A stretch of DNA of 64,000 nucleotides from contig CAVVNQ010000004.1 in NCBI GenBank assembly GCA_963749705.1, forward strand, positions 64,001-128,000. The letters run 5' to 3'. The stretch is from an uncultured Chloroflexia bacterium. Lineage in GTDB: Bacteria; Chloroflexota; Limnocylindria; Limnocylindrales; CSP1-4. Positions 45,810 to 55,693 of the stretch are shown here, one piece after another. How positions within the stretch are numbered: the stretch's first letter is position 1; every line of letters begins with the position of its first letter. A program made the position numbers and the translations under genes. The notes below the pieces were generated by a model. It made no database searches. It was given only the letters and a program-made list of their open reading frames with translations, and was not told the DNA's origin.

Positions 45810-48800
45810 ATGTCGCCCGCGCCGTGGGCCGACCCGGAGCTGACCGGCCGTGGCCGGCTGCCGATGCATGCCGTCCCCCACCTCGACCGGCTCGAGCTCG
45901 ACGGGACCTGGCGGTTCCAGCTGCTCCACCGGCCGGACGATCCGGTCGGCGACGGCGACTCCTGGCGCGAGATCGACGTCCCGGGTTGCTGGACGATGCA
46001 GGACACCTGGGATGGCCCGATCTACACCAACGTCCAGATGCCGTTCCCCGACCGGCCGCCGGCCACGCCCGAGGAGAACCCGACGGGCGTCTACGAGCGC
46101 TCGTTCGAGGTGCCGGCCGCGTGGGCGGACCGTCGGATCGTGCTCCACGTCGGAGCTGCAGAGAGCGTGCTCGTCGCGCAGCTCAACGGCGTCGAGGTGG
46201 GCATCAGCAAGGACTCGCACCTGGCCGCCGAGTTCGAGATCAGCGGCCTGGCTGCGACCGGGCGCCAACGACCTGCGGCTGACCGTCGTCAAGTGGTCCG
46301 ACGCGTCGTTCATCGAGGACCAGGACCAGTGGTGGCACGGCGGGATCACCCGCTCTGTGTTCCTGTACGCGACCGGTCCGGTGCATCTGGCCGATCTCCG
46401 AATCGACACCGGGCTGGACCCGGATCTCGCGACCGGGACGCTGGAGCTCGAGGTCGCGCTGGGCTGGCCCGATGGCTCGGCGCTGGAGCCCGGCTGGCTG
46501 GTGGAGGCCGCGATCGAGGGCGTCGCGGCGCCGCTGGTCGCGGTCGTGCCGGACGCACCCACGGCCGATCGCGGTCCGGGCGCGTTCGTGGTGCCGGGGC
46601 CGCCCCGGCGCGGGATCCTCGACCTCCAAAGCCTCAACGCATCGGGCACGCTCACCGACCCGGAGGACCAGGCGCGATGGCGGGAGGCGGAAGCGGTGGT
46701 CCGGCCGCCCCGCGTCGGCCGCGCACGGCTCGGCGCCCGGATCGACGGCGTGACGCCGTGGTCCGCGGAGGTGCCCGCGCTGCGGACGCTGAGCGTCGTA
46801 CTCCGCGCGCCGGACGGCAAGGTCACGGAGCGGATCGAGCGCCCGATCGGCTTCCGGCGGATCGAGGTTCGCGGTGTCGAACTGCTGGTCAACGGGCGGG
46901 CCGTGCTCATCCGCGGCGTCAACCGCCACGACTTCGACCGCCGGACCGGAAGGGTGGTGTCGGCCGAGGACATGCTCGCCGATGTGATCGCGATGAAGCG
47001 GTGGGGCTTCAACGCGCTGCGCACCTCGCATTACCCCAACGACCCGTACCTGCTCGACGTGTGCGACGAGCTGGGGCTGTACGTCATCGACGAGGCGGAC
47101 ATCGAGTCCCACGGCTGGTACGACGACGTGTGCCACGACCCTCGCTACCGGGCGGCGTTCGTGGACCGGGTCGCGCGGATGATCGAACGCGACCGGCACC
47201 ACCCCTCGATCATCTCCTGGTCGCTGGGCAACGAATCGGGCTACGGCGCCAACCATGACGCGGCCGCCGGCTGGGCGCGTAGGGCGGACCCCTCGCGGCC
47301 GCTCCACTACGAGGGCGCGATCCGGTTCGACTGGACCAGCGCCCAGACGGCGAGCGACCTCACCTGCCCGATGTACCCGCCCATCTCGGCGATCGTCGCG
47401 CACGCCCGGTCAGGCCTCCAGCGGCACCCGCTGATCATGTGCGAGTTCAGCCACGCGATGGGCAACAGCAACGGCACGCTGGCCGAGCACTGGGACGCGA
47501 TCGAGGCCACGCCCGGGCTCCAGGGCGGGTTCATCTGGGAGTGGCGCGACCACGGCCTCGACCAGCTGCTGCCCGACGGGACGGTGCGCGCCGCCTACGG
47601 CGGCGACTTCGGCGACGTGCCCAACGACGGGACGTTCGTGCTCGACGGGATGGTGTTCCCGGACCGGCGGCCAAAGCCCGCGATGTTCGAGCACATGCAC
47701 CTCGCGTCTCCGGTCCGGGCCGCGACCGACGACACCGCCATCGCCGCCGCGCGCGAGGGACGAGCCGCCCTCGAGAACCGGGGCGAGTTCCGCGACAACG
47801 GCTGGCTGCGCGCCACCTGGGAGGTGACCGTCGACGGCGAGCCGGTCACCGGCGGCGACCTGCCGCTGCCCTCGATCGCCCCGGGTGACCGGGCCGAGGT
47901 GACCATCCCCGGCTGGCGCCTGCCACCGGAGGGCGGCGAACGCTGGCTCACCCTGCGGTTCCTGACCGCCGACGCCACCGGATGGGCGCCGGCGGGCCAC
48001 GAGATGGGCTGGGCACAGGTGCCGCTCGATGCGGCAACCGGGCCCGGCGCCGCCGCCTCGACGGCGGCGGGCTGGACCGGCGGCGTCGTCCTGAACGAAG
48101 CGGGGCAGCTCCTCCTCCCCGCGTTCGCGGCGCCGCCGGCCCTGTCCCTGTGGCGGGCGCCCACCGACAACGACCGGATCGGCGGCATGGCGCAGCGCTG
48201 GGCCGGCTGGGGACTGGCGAGCCTGACCCGTCGCCTGGAGAGCATCGAGCGCGCGGCCGATGCGGTGACGGTCCGGTCGACGTGGACGACCGGGACCGGG
48301 ATCGAGCTGGCGCACGTCCAGCGGATGGCGGTCGCGCCCGACGGCCGGATCCGTGTCGATGAGGCGGTCGAGGTGCCGGCGATCCTCGACGACCTGCCGC
48401 GGGTGGGGACCGTGCTCGAGCTGGCCGCCGGCCACGAGGACCTCGAATGGTTCGGTCGCGGGCCGCACGAGACGTACCCCGACCGCCGGCGCGGCGGGCA
48501 GGTCGGCCGATGGCGGTCGACGGTGACGGACGCGGCGACGCGCTACCTGCGGCCGCAGGAGAACGGCGGGCACGCCGACACGCGCTGGCTGCGCATCTCC
48601 GGACGCGGCGCCGGGGTCCGGCTCGACCTCGACCGGCCGCGCCAGGTCTCGGTCACGCACCTGCGGGCGGTCGACCTCGACGCGGCGGCCCATGACGACG
48701 AGCTGCGACCGTGCCCCGAGACGATCGTCCATCTCGATGCCGCGCATCGTGGCGTGGGCACCGCCAGCTGCGGGCCGGATACCCTCGAGCCGTACGTCCT

Positions 48801-48858
48801 GCGCCCGGGCACGTACCGCTGGGCGTGGACGATCTCGACGGAGACCACCCCCGCATGA
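45810..48858 (+). CDS. lacZ: GH2 beta-galactosidase with a +1 frameshift near 46250
   Basis: First frame: IDVPGCW, PIYTNVQMPF, NPTGVYER, GISKDSHLAAEFE. Second frame: KWSDASFIEDQDQWW, RGVNRHD, RTSHYPN, WSLGNESG, HYEG, MCEFSHAMGNSNG, QGGFIWEW, YGGDFGD, GTASCGPDT. Confidence 0.92.
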
Positions 48859-48871
48859 GGATCCGCCCGAC

Positions 48872-51118
48872 ATGACGATCCACTGGGACGAGGACGCTCG
48901 CGAATGGCACCTCGCGAACGGCCGGATCAGCTATGCGCTGCGGGTGCTCGAGAACGGCTGGCTCGGCCATCTCCACGCGGGTGCGCCGCTGGCGGCCGGT
49001 GGCTCGCTGCGCCACCTCGGCCCCGACGCGTTCAGCGGGTTCTCGAACCGCGTCGGTGAGCCCGTCGCGCTCGAGGTCCCGGTCCCGGGCGTCGGCGACT
49101 GGCGGATCCCGGCGCTCGTCGTCGAGGCTGCGGACGGCTCGACCGTCCTCGACCTCCGCTACGCGGGCCATCGGATCCTGGCCGGCAAGCCGGACCTCCA
49201 GGGCCTGCCGTCGACGTACGTCGAAGATCCTGCCGAGGCGGAGACGCTCGAGATCGACCTCGACGACGCGCCCACCGGGCTGCGTGTCACGCTCCGCCTC
49301 ACGCTGTTCGCGGACCGGCCGATCGTGGCGCGCTCGATGATGCTGGCCAATCGCGGCGCGGCGGCGCTGACCGTGCGCTGCGCGATGAGCGCGTCGCTGG
49401 ACCTGCCCGACGCCGACTGGGCCCTGATGACGCTCAGCGGCGCCTGGGCACGCGAGCGTCACGTCCAGGACCGTCCGCTGGTTCCCGGCCGGCAGTCGGT
49501 GGGCAGCGCGCGGGGAGCGTCGGGCCTGGAGCACAACCCGTTCCTCGCCCTGCGCCGGGCGCACACGACCGAGGACACCGGCGAGGCACTCGGCCTGAGC
49601 CTTGTCTACTCGGGCAGCTTCCTGGCCGAGGCGGAGGTGGAGCCGCTGCGGACGGCGCGGCTGCGGATCGGCATCAACCCGGAGACGTTCGCCTGGCGGC
49701 TCGAGCCAGATGCCGCGTTCACCACGCCGGAAGCCGTCCTCGCCTGGTCCGGCGAGGGCCTCGGCGGCCTCAGCGAGGCGTTCCACGGCCTGTACGGATC
49801 CCGGCTCGTCCGCGGCCCGTGGCGCGACCGGCCCCGGCCGGTGGTGCTCAACAACTGGGAGGGCACGTTCTTCGACTTCGACCACGACCGGCTGGTCGCC
49901 ATGGCCACCAAGGCCCGGGAGCTGGGCGTCGAGCTGTTCGTGCTCGACGACGGCTGGTTCGGCCACCGCAACAACGACGACTCGTCGCTGGGCGACTGGA
50001 TCGTCGACCGGCGCAAGCTGCCCGGCGGGCTCGAGGCGCTCGCGCGCGACCTCCACGGGCTCGGGCTGCGCTTCGGCCTGTGGATCGAGCCCGAGATGGT
50101 CAACCCCGACAGCGACCTGTACCGCGCGCATCCCGACTGGGCGATCGGTGTGCCCGGCCGGCCGCACACCGAGAGCCGCCAGCAGCTCGTCCTCGACCTG
50201 TCGCGACCCGAGGTCGTCGACCACCTGGCCGACGCGCTGATCGCGGTCCTCTCGAGCGCGCCGATCGACTACGTCAAGTGGGACATGAACCGCAACATCA
50301 CCGAGCCATGGACGCCGTCGCTGCCCGCCGACCGCCAGGGCGAGCTGCTCCACCGCTACATCCTCGGCGTGTACGAGCTGTACCGACGGCTGGTCGAGCG
50401 GTTCCCGGACATCCTGTTCGAGTCGTGCGCCAGCGGCGGTGGGCGCTTCGACCCCGGCATGCTGGCCTACGCCCCGCAGACCTGGACCAGCGACGACACG
50501 GATGCGGTCGAGCGGCTCCGGATCCAGTGGGGCACGTCGCTCGTGTACCCGGTGTCGTCGATGGCGGCCCACGTGTCCGCCGTGCCCAACCATCAGACGG
50601 GCCGGATCGTCCCGATCTCGACCCGCGCCGCGGTCGCGATGTTCGGCGTGTTCGGGTACGAGCTGGATCCGACCGCGATGAGCGCGGCCGAGCACGATGC
50701 GGTCCGAACGCAGATCGCCTGGTACGTCGAGCGCCGCGAGCTCCTCCAGCACGGACGGTTCCTGCGGCTCCGGAGCCCGTTCGAGGGCGACGGCAACGAG
50801 ACGGCCTGGATGGTGGTCGATGGTGACGGGGGCCACGCGATCGTCGCCCACTACCGAGTCCTGTCCCACCCGCTGCCCGTGCGCAACCGGCTTCGGCTGC
50901 GCGGCCTCGATCCGGCCGCCCGGTACCGGGTCAGGGCATGGTCGGACAGCCTCGGGGCTCCTGACGGGGTGATGGACCGGGCCGGAGACGAGCTGATGGC
51001 CGTGGGGCTGGCGATCGAGCCCCGCGAGCCGCAGGCCGCGGGGGTCCGGATGCACGACGGGGAGCGCGTGATCCGGGGCGACTTCGAGGCGCGACTGTTC
51101 GAGCTCGATCGAGCCTGA
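48872..51118 (+). CDS. GH36 alpha-galactosidase
   Basis: NNWEGTFFDF, ELFVLDDGWFG.RNND.SSLGDW, FGLWIEPEMVNPDS, DYVKWDMNR, ESCASGGGRFDPG, WTSDDTDAVER, PNHQTGR. Confidence 0.95.
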   Translation: MTIHWDEDAREWHLANGRISYALRVLENGWLGHLHAGAPLAAGGSLRHLGPDAFSGFSNRVGEPVALEVPVPGVGDWRIPALVVEAADGSTVLDLRYAGHRILAGKPDLQGLPSTYVEDPAEAETLEIDLDDAPTGLRVTLRLTLFADRPIVARSMMLANRGAAALTVRCAMSASLDLPDADWALMTLSGAWARERHVQDRPLVPGRQSVGSARGASGLEHNPFLALRRAHTTEDTGEALGLSLVYSGSFLAEAEVEPLRTARLRIGINPETFAWRLEPDAAFTTPEAVLAWSGEGLGGLSEAFHGLYGSRLVRGPWRDRPRPVVLNNWEGTFFDFDHDRLVAMATKARELGVELFVLDDGWFGHRNNDDSSLGDWIVDRRKLPGGLEALARDLHGLGLRFGLWIEPEMVNPDSDLYRAHPDWAIGVPGRPHTESRQQLVLDLSRPEVVDHLADALIAVLSSAPIDYVKWDMNRNITEPWTPSLPADRQGELLHRYILGVYELYRRLVERFPDILFESCASGGGRFDPGMLAYAPQTWTSDDTDAVERLRIQWGTSLVYPVSSMAAHVSAVPNHQTGRIVPISTRAAVAMFGVFGYELDPTAMSAAEHDAVRTQIAWYVERRELLQHGRFLRLRSPFEGDGNETAWMVVDGDGGHAIVAHYRVLSHPLPVRNRLRLRGLDPAARYRVRAWSDSLGAPDGVMDRAGDELMAVGLAIEPREPQAAGVRMHDGERVIRGDFEARLFELDRA

Positions 51119-51121
51119 GGG

Positions 51122-52390
51122 TCAGCCGCCGCAGCCTTCTCCGGCCACGACGGGCGGGACCGCCGGGCCCAGCGTGAACCCCTCGCCCAGCGCCGCGAGG
51201 AAGGCGGCTCGGAGCGTCGGATCGGCCGCGATCCGCCAGTCCACGACCGCGTCGACCTCGGCTTCCGTCTTGCGCCACTCGAACCAGTTGACCATCCGGA
51301 GCCACGGGAAGCGGACCGATGCCTGCGTCCCGAACACCTGACCAAGCCACGCACGCTTGATCTCCGACTCCCCCGCCCCACCCGCGCCGGGACGGTAGAA
51401 CGCGGCGGTCTCGACGATCGCCAGCGGCTTCGAGAACCGCTCCGCGTAGCCGGTGTAGAAGTCCGGAACCGACGCCGACCCCGTCATCAGGCCCACGAAC
51501 GCACCGTCAGGCGGGAGCTCGTTCTCGCCCCACGGATACGCCAGACCCCAGAAGTACAGGCTCATGCCGACCCAGTCCACGTACCCGGGTCCCGGCCAGT
51601 ACGGCGCGTACGGATCGTCGGTCGCGTCCAGGATCCCGTCGCCGTCGGTGTCAAGGGTCGTGGCCGCCGGGCTGCCGGGCGCGGCCCCGTACCGGCCGCC
51701 GGCGTATGGGTAGCCGTCTCCCTGGTTGGGCGCCCACAGCATCGCGGACGTCGGCGAGCCGGCGTGCACCGCATCGGCGACCCGACGGAACGCCGCGACA
51801 TAGGCCGCCGGATCCTGGCCCCACGGATACCAGCTGCCGTTCATCTCGTGCGCGAACCGGACGATCGTGGGCACACGTGCCGCGCCATAGCGGGCGAGCC
51901 GGGTCGCGAGATTCGCGGCGACGGCGTCGGTCACCGCGGCCAGCCCGCCCCATGGCTCGAGCGTGACGACCAGGACGGCCCCGGCGCTCGCGGCCTGGTC
52001 CGCCGCGGCGTCGAGGTTGGCCGCGTCGCCGTCGGTGAGCGGGAACGCCACGAAGCTCACGACGTCGGCGGGTGGCCGGCCCAGCTCCGCCTCGAGCTGT
52101 GCGACGGTCTGCGACCCCCAGTCGAGGTTCATCCCCACCCAGGCGCCCGTGTCCGGCCCGTGGCGGGCAAGGGCGCCGATCGCGTCCGCCGATGACGCGC
52201 TCGATGCGCACGGGCTGGTCGCGGCCGACGGGGTGCCGGCGCTCGGGGTGCCGGCGCTCGGGGCGCTCGCCCCCGTCGATGCGGCGGGGTCGGCCGCGGG
52301 CGTCGCCGGGCCCGCGGCACACGCGGCGATGGTGACCGCGAGCACCAGGACGCGACCGGCGCGACGTACGGGAACAACGATGTGCAGCAT
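51122..52390 (-). CDS. GH26-like glycoside hydrolase lipoprotein (start uncertain, up to 52432)
   Basis: IAAC lipobox, VTLEPW, VRFAHEMNGSWYPWGQ, WAPN, PYAPYWPG..YVDWVGMSLY, KPLAIVETA, MVNWFEW; inserted DTDGDGILD loop. Confidence 0.85.
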   Translation of the reverse strand: MLHIVVPVRRAGRVLVLAVTIAACAAGPATPAADPAASTGASAPSAGTPSAGTPSAATSPCASSASSADAIGALARHGPDTGAWVGMNLDWGSQTVAQLEAELGRPPADVVSFVAFPLTDGDAANLDAAADQAASAGAVLVVTLEPWGGLAAVTDAVAANLATRLARYGAARVPTIVRFAHEMNGSWYPWGQDPAAYVAAFRRVADAVHAGSPTSAMLWAPNQGDGYPYAGGRYGAAPGSPAATTLDTDGDGILDATDDPYAPYWPGPGYVDWVGMSLYFWGLAYPWGENELPPDGAFVGLMTGSASVPDFYTGYAERFSKPLAIVETAAFYRPGAGGAGESEIKRAWLGQVFGTQASVRFPWLRMVNWFEWRKTEAEVDAVVDWRIAADPTLRAAFLAALGEGFTLGPAVPPVVAGEGCGG

Positions 52391-52468
52391 GGGATCGTTG
52401 GCCACTGTGGAAGGCGGGTGCGACGCCGTCAACGGGACGATCGTCCGGCGGACGCCGCCAGGCTGCGA

Positions 52469-53674
52469 TCAGGCGAGCCGCCGCGCCCCCGCGTTCGCCT
52501 CGACCGGGAACACCCGCGGCACCAGCCCCGTCCGGGCCGGGTAGTCGCGCAGCACCGCCTCGCGCAGCGCGTCCACCGCGTCCCGGCGCACGAGGTTGAT
52601 CGTGCAGCCGCCGAACCCCGCCCCGGTCAGCCGGGCGCCGATCACCCCCGGCGTCGCCCGCGCGATCTCCACCAGCGCGTCGAGCTCCGGGCTGCTCACC
52701 TCGTACAGGTCGCGGAGCGACGCGTGGCTCGCGTAGAACAGGCGGCCCACGGTGTCGAGGTCGCCGGCCTCGAATGCCGCGATCGAGTCCAGCACCCGCT
52801 GGTTCTCGGCGACGATGTGCTCGGCCCGGCGGGCGGCGACCGGGGCCAGCCGGTCTCGCACCCGGTCGAGCATCGAGGGCGTGACGTCACGCAGGGCGGT
52901 CACCCCAGGCTCGACCGCGGCGATCGCCGCGACGGCCGCCTCGCACTGCGCGCGACGCTCGTTGTACGCGGATGCCTCGAGCTTGCGCGGCGATCCCGAG
53001 TGGCAGGCGACCAGCGCGACGTCGTCCAGCGGCAGCGGCACCGACCGGTGCTCGAGCGACCGGCAGTCGAGCAGGAGCGCCCGGCCCGGCTCGCCGAAGA
53101 CGCACGCGAACTGATCCATGATCCCGTTGTTGAGCCCGATGTAGCCGTTCTCCGAGCGCTGGACGACATGGACCAGGCGCATCGGGTCGAGCGGCGGCCG
53201 GTCACCGCCGGACAGCGCCCAGGCGGCCACCACCTCGATCGCCGCCGACGATGACAGCCCGGCGGCCTGCGGGAGGTCCGAGGCGAGCAACCCGCGAAAC
53301 CCGCGCGGCCCGGTGCCCGCCTCGTCCAGGGCCCAGGCCATGCCGGCCACGTAGTCGAGCCACGAGTCCCGCCGCTCACCCACCGCATGGACGTCGAACC
53401 CGCCGGTCTCGCCGCTCGCCGCCAGCGTCAGCGCCACCCGGTCGTCGTCGGTGGGGACGAGGGCGATCGAGATCCCGAGGTCGATCGCGAACGGGAGCAC
53501 GAACCCCTCGTTGTAGTCCGTGTGCTCGCCGATCAGGTTCACGCGCCCGGGCGCATGCACGACGCGCACGTCGTCGGGCCGAGCGGCGGCGACCGGATCG
53601 AGCCTGACCAGCGCATCGCGAAGCGCCGCAGGGTCGCGCGCGAGGGCCGCCTCCGACGCGGCATCGAGGCTCAT
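52469..53674 (-). CDS. galK: Galactokinase
   Basis: APGRVNLIGEHTDYNEG, P.AAGLSSSAA, GIMDQ, LLDCRSLE, SHASLRDLYEVS, GARLTGAGFGGC. Confidence 0.96.
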   Translation of the reverse strand: MSLDAASEAALARDPAALRDALVRLDPVAAARPDDVRVVHAPGRVNLIGEHTDYNEGFVLPFAIDLGISIALVPTDDDRVALTLAASGETGGFDVHAVGERRDSWLDYVAGMAWALDEAGTGPRGFRGLLASDLPQAAGLSSSAAIEVVAAWALSGGDRPPLDPMRLVHVVQRSENGYIGLNNGIMDQFACVFGEPGRALLLDCRSLEHRSVPLPLDDVALVACHSGSPRKLEASAYNERRAQCEAAVAAIAAVEPGVTALRDVTPSMLDRVRDRLAPVAARRAEHIVAENQRVLDSIAAFEAGDLDTVGRLFYASHASLRDLYEVSSPELDALVEIARATPGVIGARLTGAGFGGCTINLVRRDAVDALREAVLRDYPARTGLVPRVFPVEANAGARRLA

Positions 53675-53675
53675 G

Positions 53676-54803
53676 TCACGCCACGTCGCGGCGGATCGTG
53701 AGCGACGCGATCACGGCGAAGAACACGGCGATCAGCGCGAGCACGCCGAGATCGAGCTGGAGCTCGGGCGTCGCGAGGTCCGCACCCCGGATCAGCACCT
53801 GGCGCAGGCCGTCCACCGCGTACGTGACGGGCATCACCGCGGCCAGCGGCTGCAGCAGCCCCGGCAGGCCGCTGATCGGGATCAGGATCCCGGACAGCAG
53901 GAACTGGGGGACGATCACGAGCGGGATGAACTGGACGATCTGGAGCTCGGTCCGGGCGAACGTCGACAGGAAGATGCCCAGGCTCACGGCGCCGATGGCG
54001 ACCAGCAGCACCACCAGGAACGCGACCAGCGGGCTGCCCGCCAGCTCGACCCCGAGGCCGATCGAGAACGCGGGCAGCGGCCCGATCGAGGCGACGTGCA
54101 CCGTCCCCAGCGTCCAGGTGAGCAGGATCGCGACCTGGAGCGTCGCGAACAGGGCAAAGCCCAGCGTGTACCCGGCGACGACCTCGCCGCGCGTGACCGG
54201 CGTCGCCATCAGGCGCTCGAGCGTGCCACCGGTCCGCTCCCGCAGGAAGCTGACCCCGGTCAGGATATACACGAAGAAGTAGACGAAGAACCCGATGATC
54301 GCCGGTGCGTACGGCGCGATCGGGTCCGCGCTGGGCGTCCCGTACACCGTGACGTGCTCGATCGCCGGCATCGCGCCCGACGTCATCACGCCGATGAGCG
54401 CCTTGGTCACGATGCCCACCTGGGTGGCCTCCGCGAATGGATCGAGGCCGTTGGTGATCAGGGTGACCGTGCTCCCGACCCCCTTGTCGGCCGGCAGGAT
54501 GATCCCGATCGACGCCGTCCCGTCCGCGACGGCGGCCCGAGCCGCTGCCTCGTCCGGCACCTGCGTCACCGTCCCACCATCGGCAGCGACGCCGAGCCGG
54601 AGGTTCTGGACGAAGACCGTCGCGGGAACCCCGGTCTCGACCACGGCGACGTTGACCGCCGGGGTTTCGCCCTCGCGCAGGATGAACGTGAGCAGCCCGG
54701 TCATCAGGACGGGCGCGATGAACAGGAGGGCGAGCGACGGACGGTCGCGCCGGATCTCCTGGACGACGCGCCGGAACAGGGCTCGCAGGCGACGCGGGTT
54801 CAT
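53676..54803 (-). CDS. ABC-2 type exporter permease
   Basis: EIRRDR.SL.L, LRERTGGTLERLMATP, PQFLLSG, MPVTYAVDGL. Confidence 0.9.
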   Translation of the reverse strand: MNPRRLRALFRRVVQEIRRDRPSLALLFIAPVLMTGLLTFILREGETPAVNVAVVETGVPATVFVQNLRLGVAADGGTVTQVPDEAAARAAVADGTASIGIILPADKGVGSTVTLITNGLDPFAEATQVGIVTKALIGVMTSGAMPAIEHVTVYGTPSADPIAPYAPAIIGFFVYFFVYILTGVSFLRERTGGTLERLMATPVTRGEVVAGYTLGFALFATLQVAILLTWTLGTVHVASIGPLPAFSIGLGVELAGSPLVAFLVVLLVAIGAVSLGIFLSTFARTELQIVQFIPLVIVPQFLLSGILIPISGLPGLLQPLAAVMPVTYAVDGLRQVLIRGADLATPELQLDLGVLALIAVFFAVIASLTIRRDVA

Positions 54804-55564
54804 CGGGCGGCCTCCGTCTCGCCGGCGAACTGGAGGAAGGCCTGCTCGAGGTCGTCGGTGGCGGCGGCGGCCCGCAGGTCACCTCCGGTGCCGCGCGCGA
54901 TGATCCGGCCCGCTCGCATGAACAGCAGCTCGTCGCACCGATCGGCCTCGTCCATCACGTGGCTCGATACGATCAGGGTGATCCCGTCCGCGGCGAGCTT
55001 GCGGAAGTGGGTCCAGAACTCGACCCGGAGCAGCGGGTCGATGCCCACCGTCGGCTCATCGAGGAACAGGATCGTCGGGCGGTGGACGAGCGCGCACGCC
55101 AGCGACAGCCGGCGACGCTGGCCACCCGACAGCGTGCCCGCGACCGACTCGGTTCGATCGGCCAGGTTGACGAGCTCGAGCGCCTCGACCACCGGCGCGT
55201 CGCCATCGACGCCGTAGACCGCGGCGAAGAACCGCGCGTTCTCGCCTACGGTCAGCGCCGGGTAGATCCCGTCGCTCTGGGTCATGTACCCGATCCGGCT
55301 CAGGTTGGACCGCGATGGCATCCGGACGCCCAGCACCTCGGTGTGGCCGGACGTGGCGCGCGCCATCCCCGTCAGCAGCCGGATCAGCGTCGTCTTGCCG
55401 GATCCGTTGGGGCCCAGGATCCCGTAGATGCGGCCGGGCGCGAGCTCGAACGACACCCCATCGACCGCGCGCAACGGACCGAAGGCCTTGACCAGGTCGA
55501 CCGCGCGGACCGCGGGCCGGGCCGCGGCCGCCGCGTCAGCTTGGGAGGGCGCCACGCTGTGCAC
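54800..55564 (-). CDS. ABC-2 exporter ATP-binding protein
   Basis: GPNGSGKTT, LSGGQRRR, LDEPTVGIDP, SSHVMDEA; GTG 55564 with GGAG SD. Confidence 0.93.
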   Translation of the reverse strand: MHSVAPSQADAAAAARPAVRAVDLVKAFGPLRAVDGVSFELAPGRIYGILGPNGSGKTTLIRLLTGMARATSGHTEVLGVRMPSRSNLSRIGYMTQSDGIYPALTVGENARFFAAVYGVDGDAPVVEALELVNLADRTESVAGTLSGGQRRRLSLACALVHRPTILFLDEPTVGIDPLLRVEFWTHFRKLAADGITLIVSSHVMDEADRCDELLFMRAGRIIARGTGGDLRAAAATDDLEQAFLQFAGETEAAR

Positions 55565-55591
55565 TGTTGGCTCCAGGTGCGGGAAGCCGCC

Positions 55592-55620
55592 ACCGACGAT
55601 TCGTCGGTTGATGAATTCTA
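55592..55620 (-). promoter_or_regulatory. -10 box and operator-like palindromes for the ABC-2 exporter
   Basis: Minus strand TAGAAT (55620-55615); ATTCGTC-GGTT-GATGAAT (55599-55616) overlapping ACCGACGA-T-TCGTCGGT (55592-55608). Confidence 0.55.
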
Positions 55621-55693
55621 GGTCGGCCGGCGGAGCCGACCACGGGCCGCCGGACACCGCGCGGCGGTCCGGACGGCGCGTCGGCACGGGCGA

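Noticed and set aside
46240-46260. Programmed ribosomal frameshift in lacZ (and the other three split genes)
   Set aside because: No slippery heptamer or evident stimulatory structure; a single-base insertion error is simpler.
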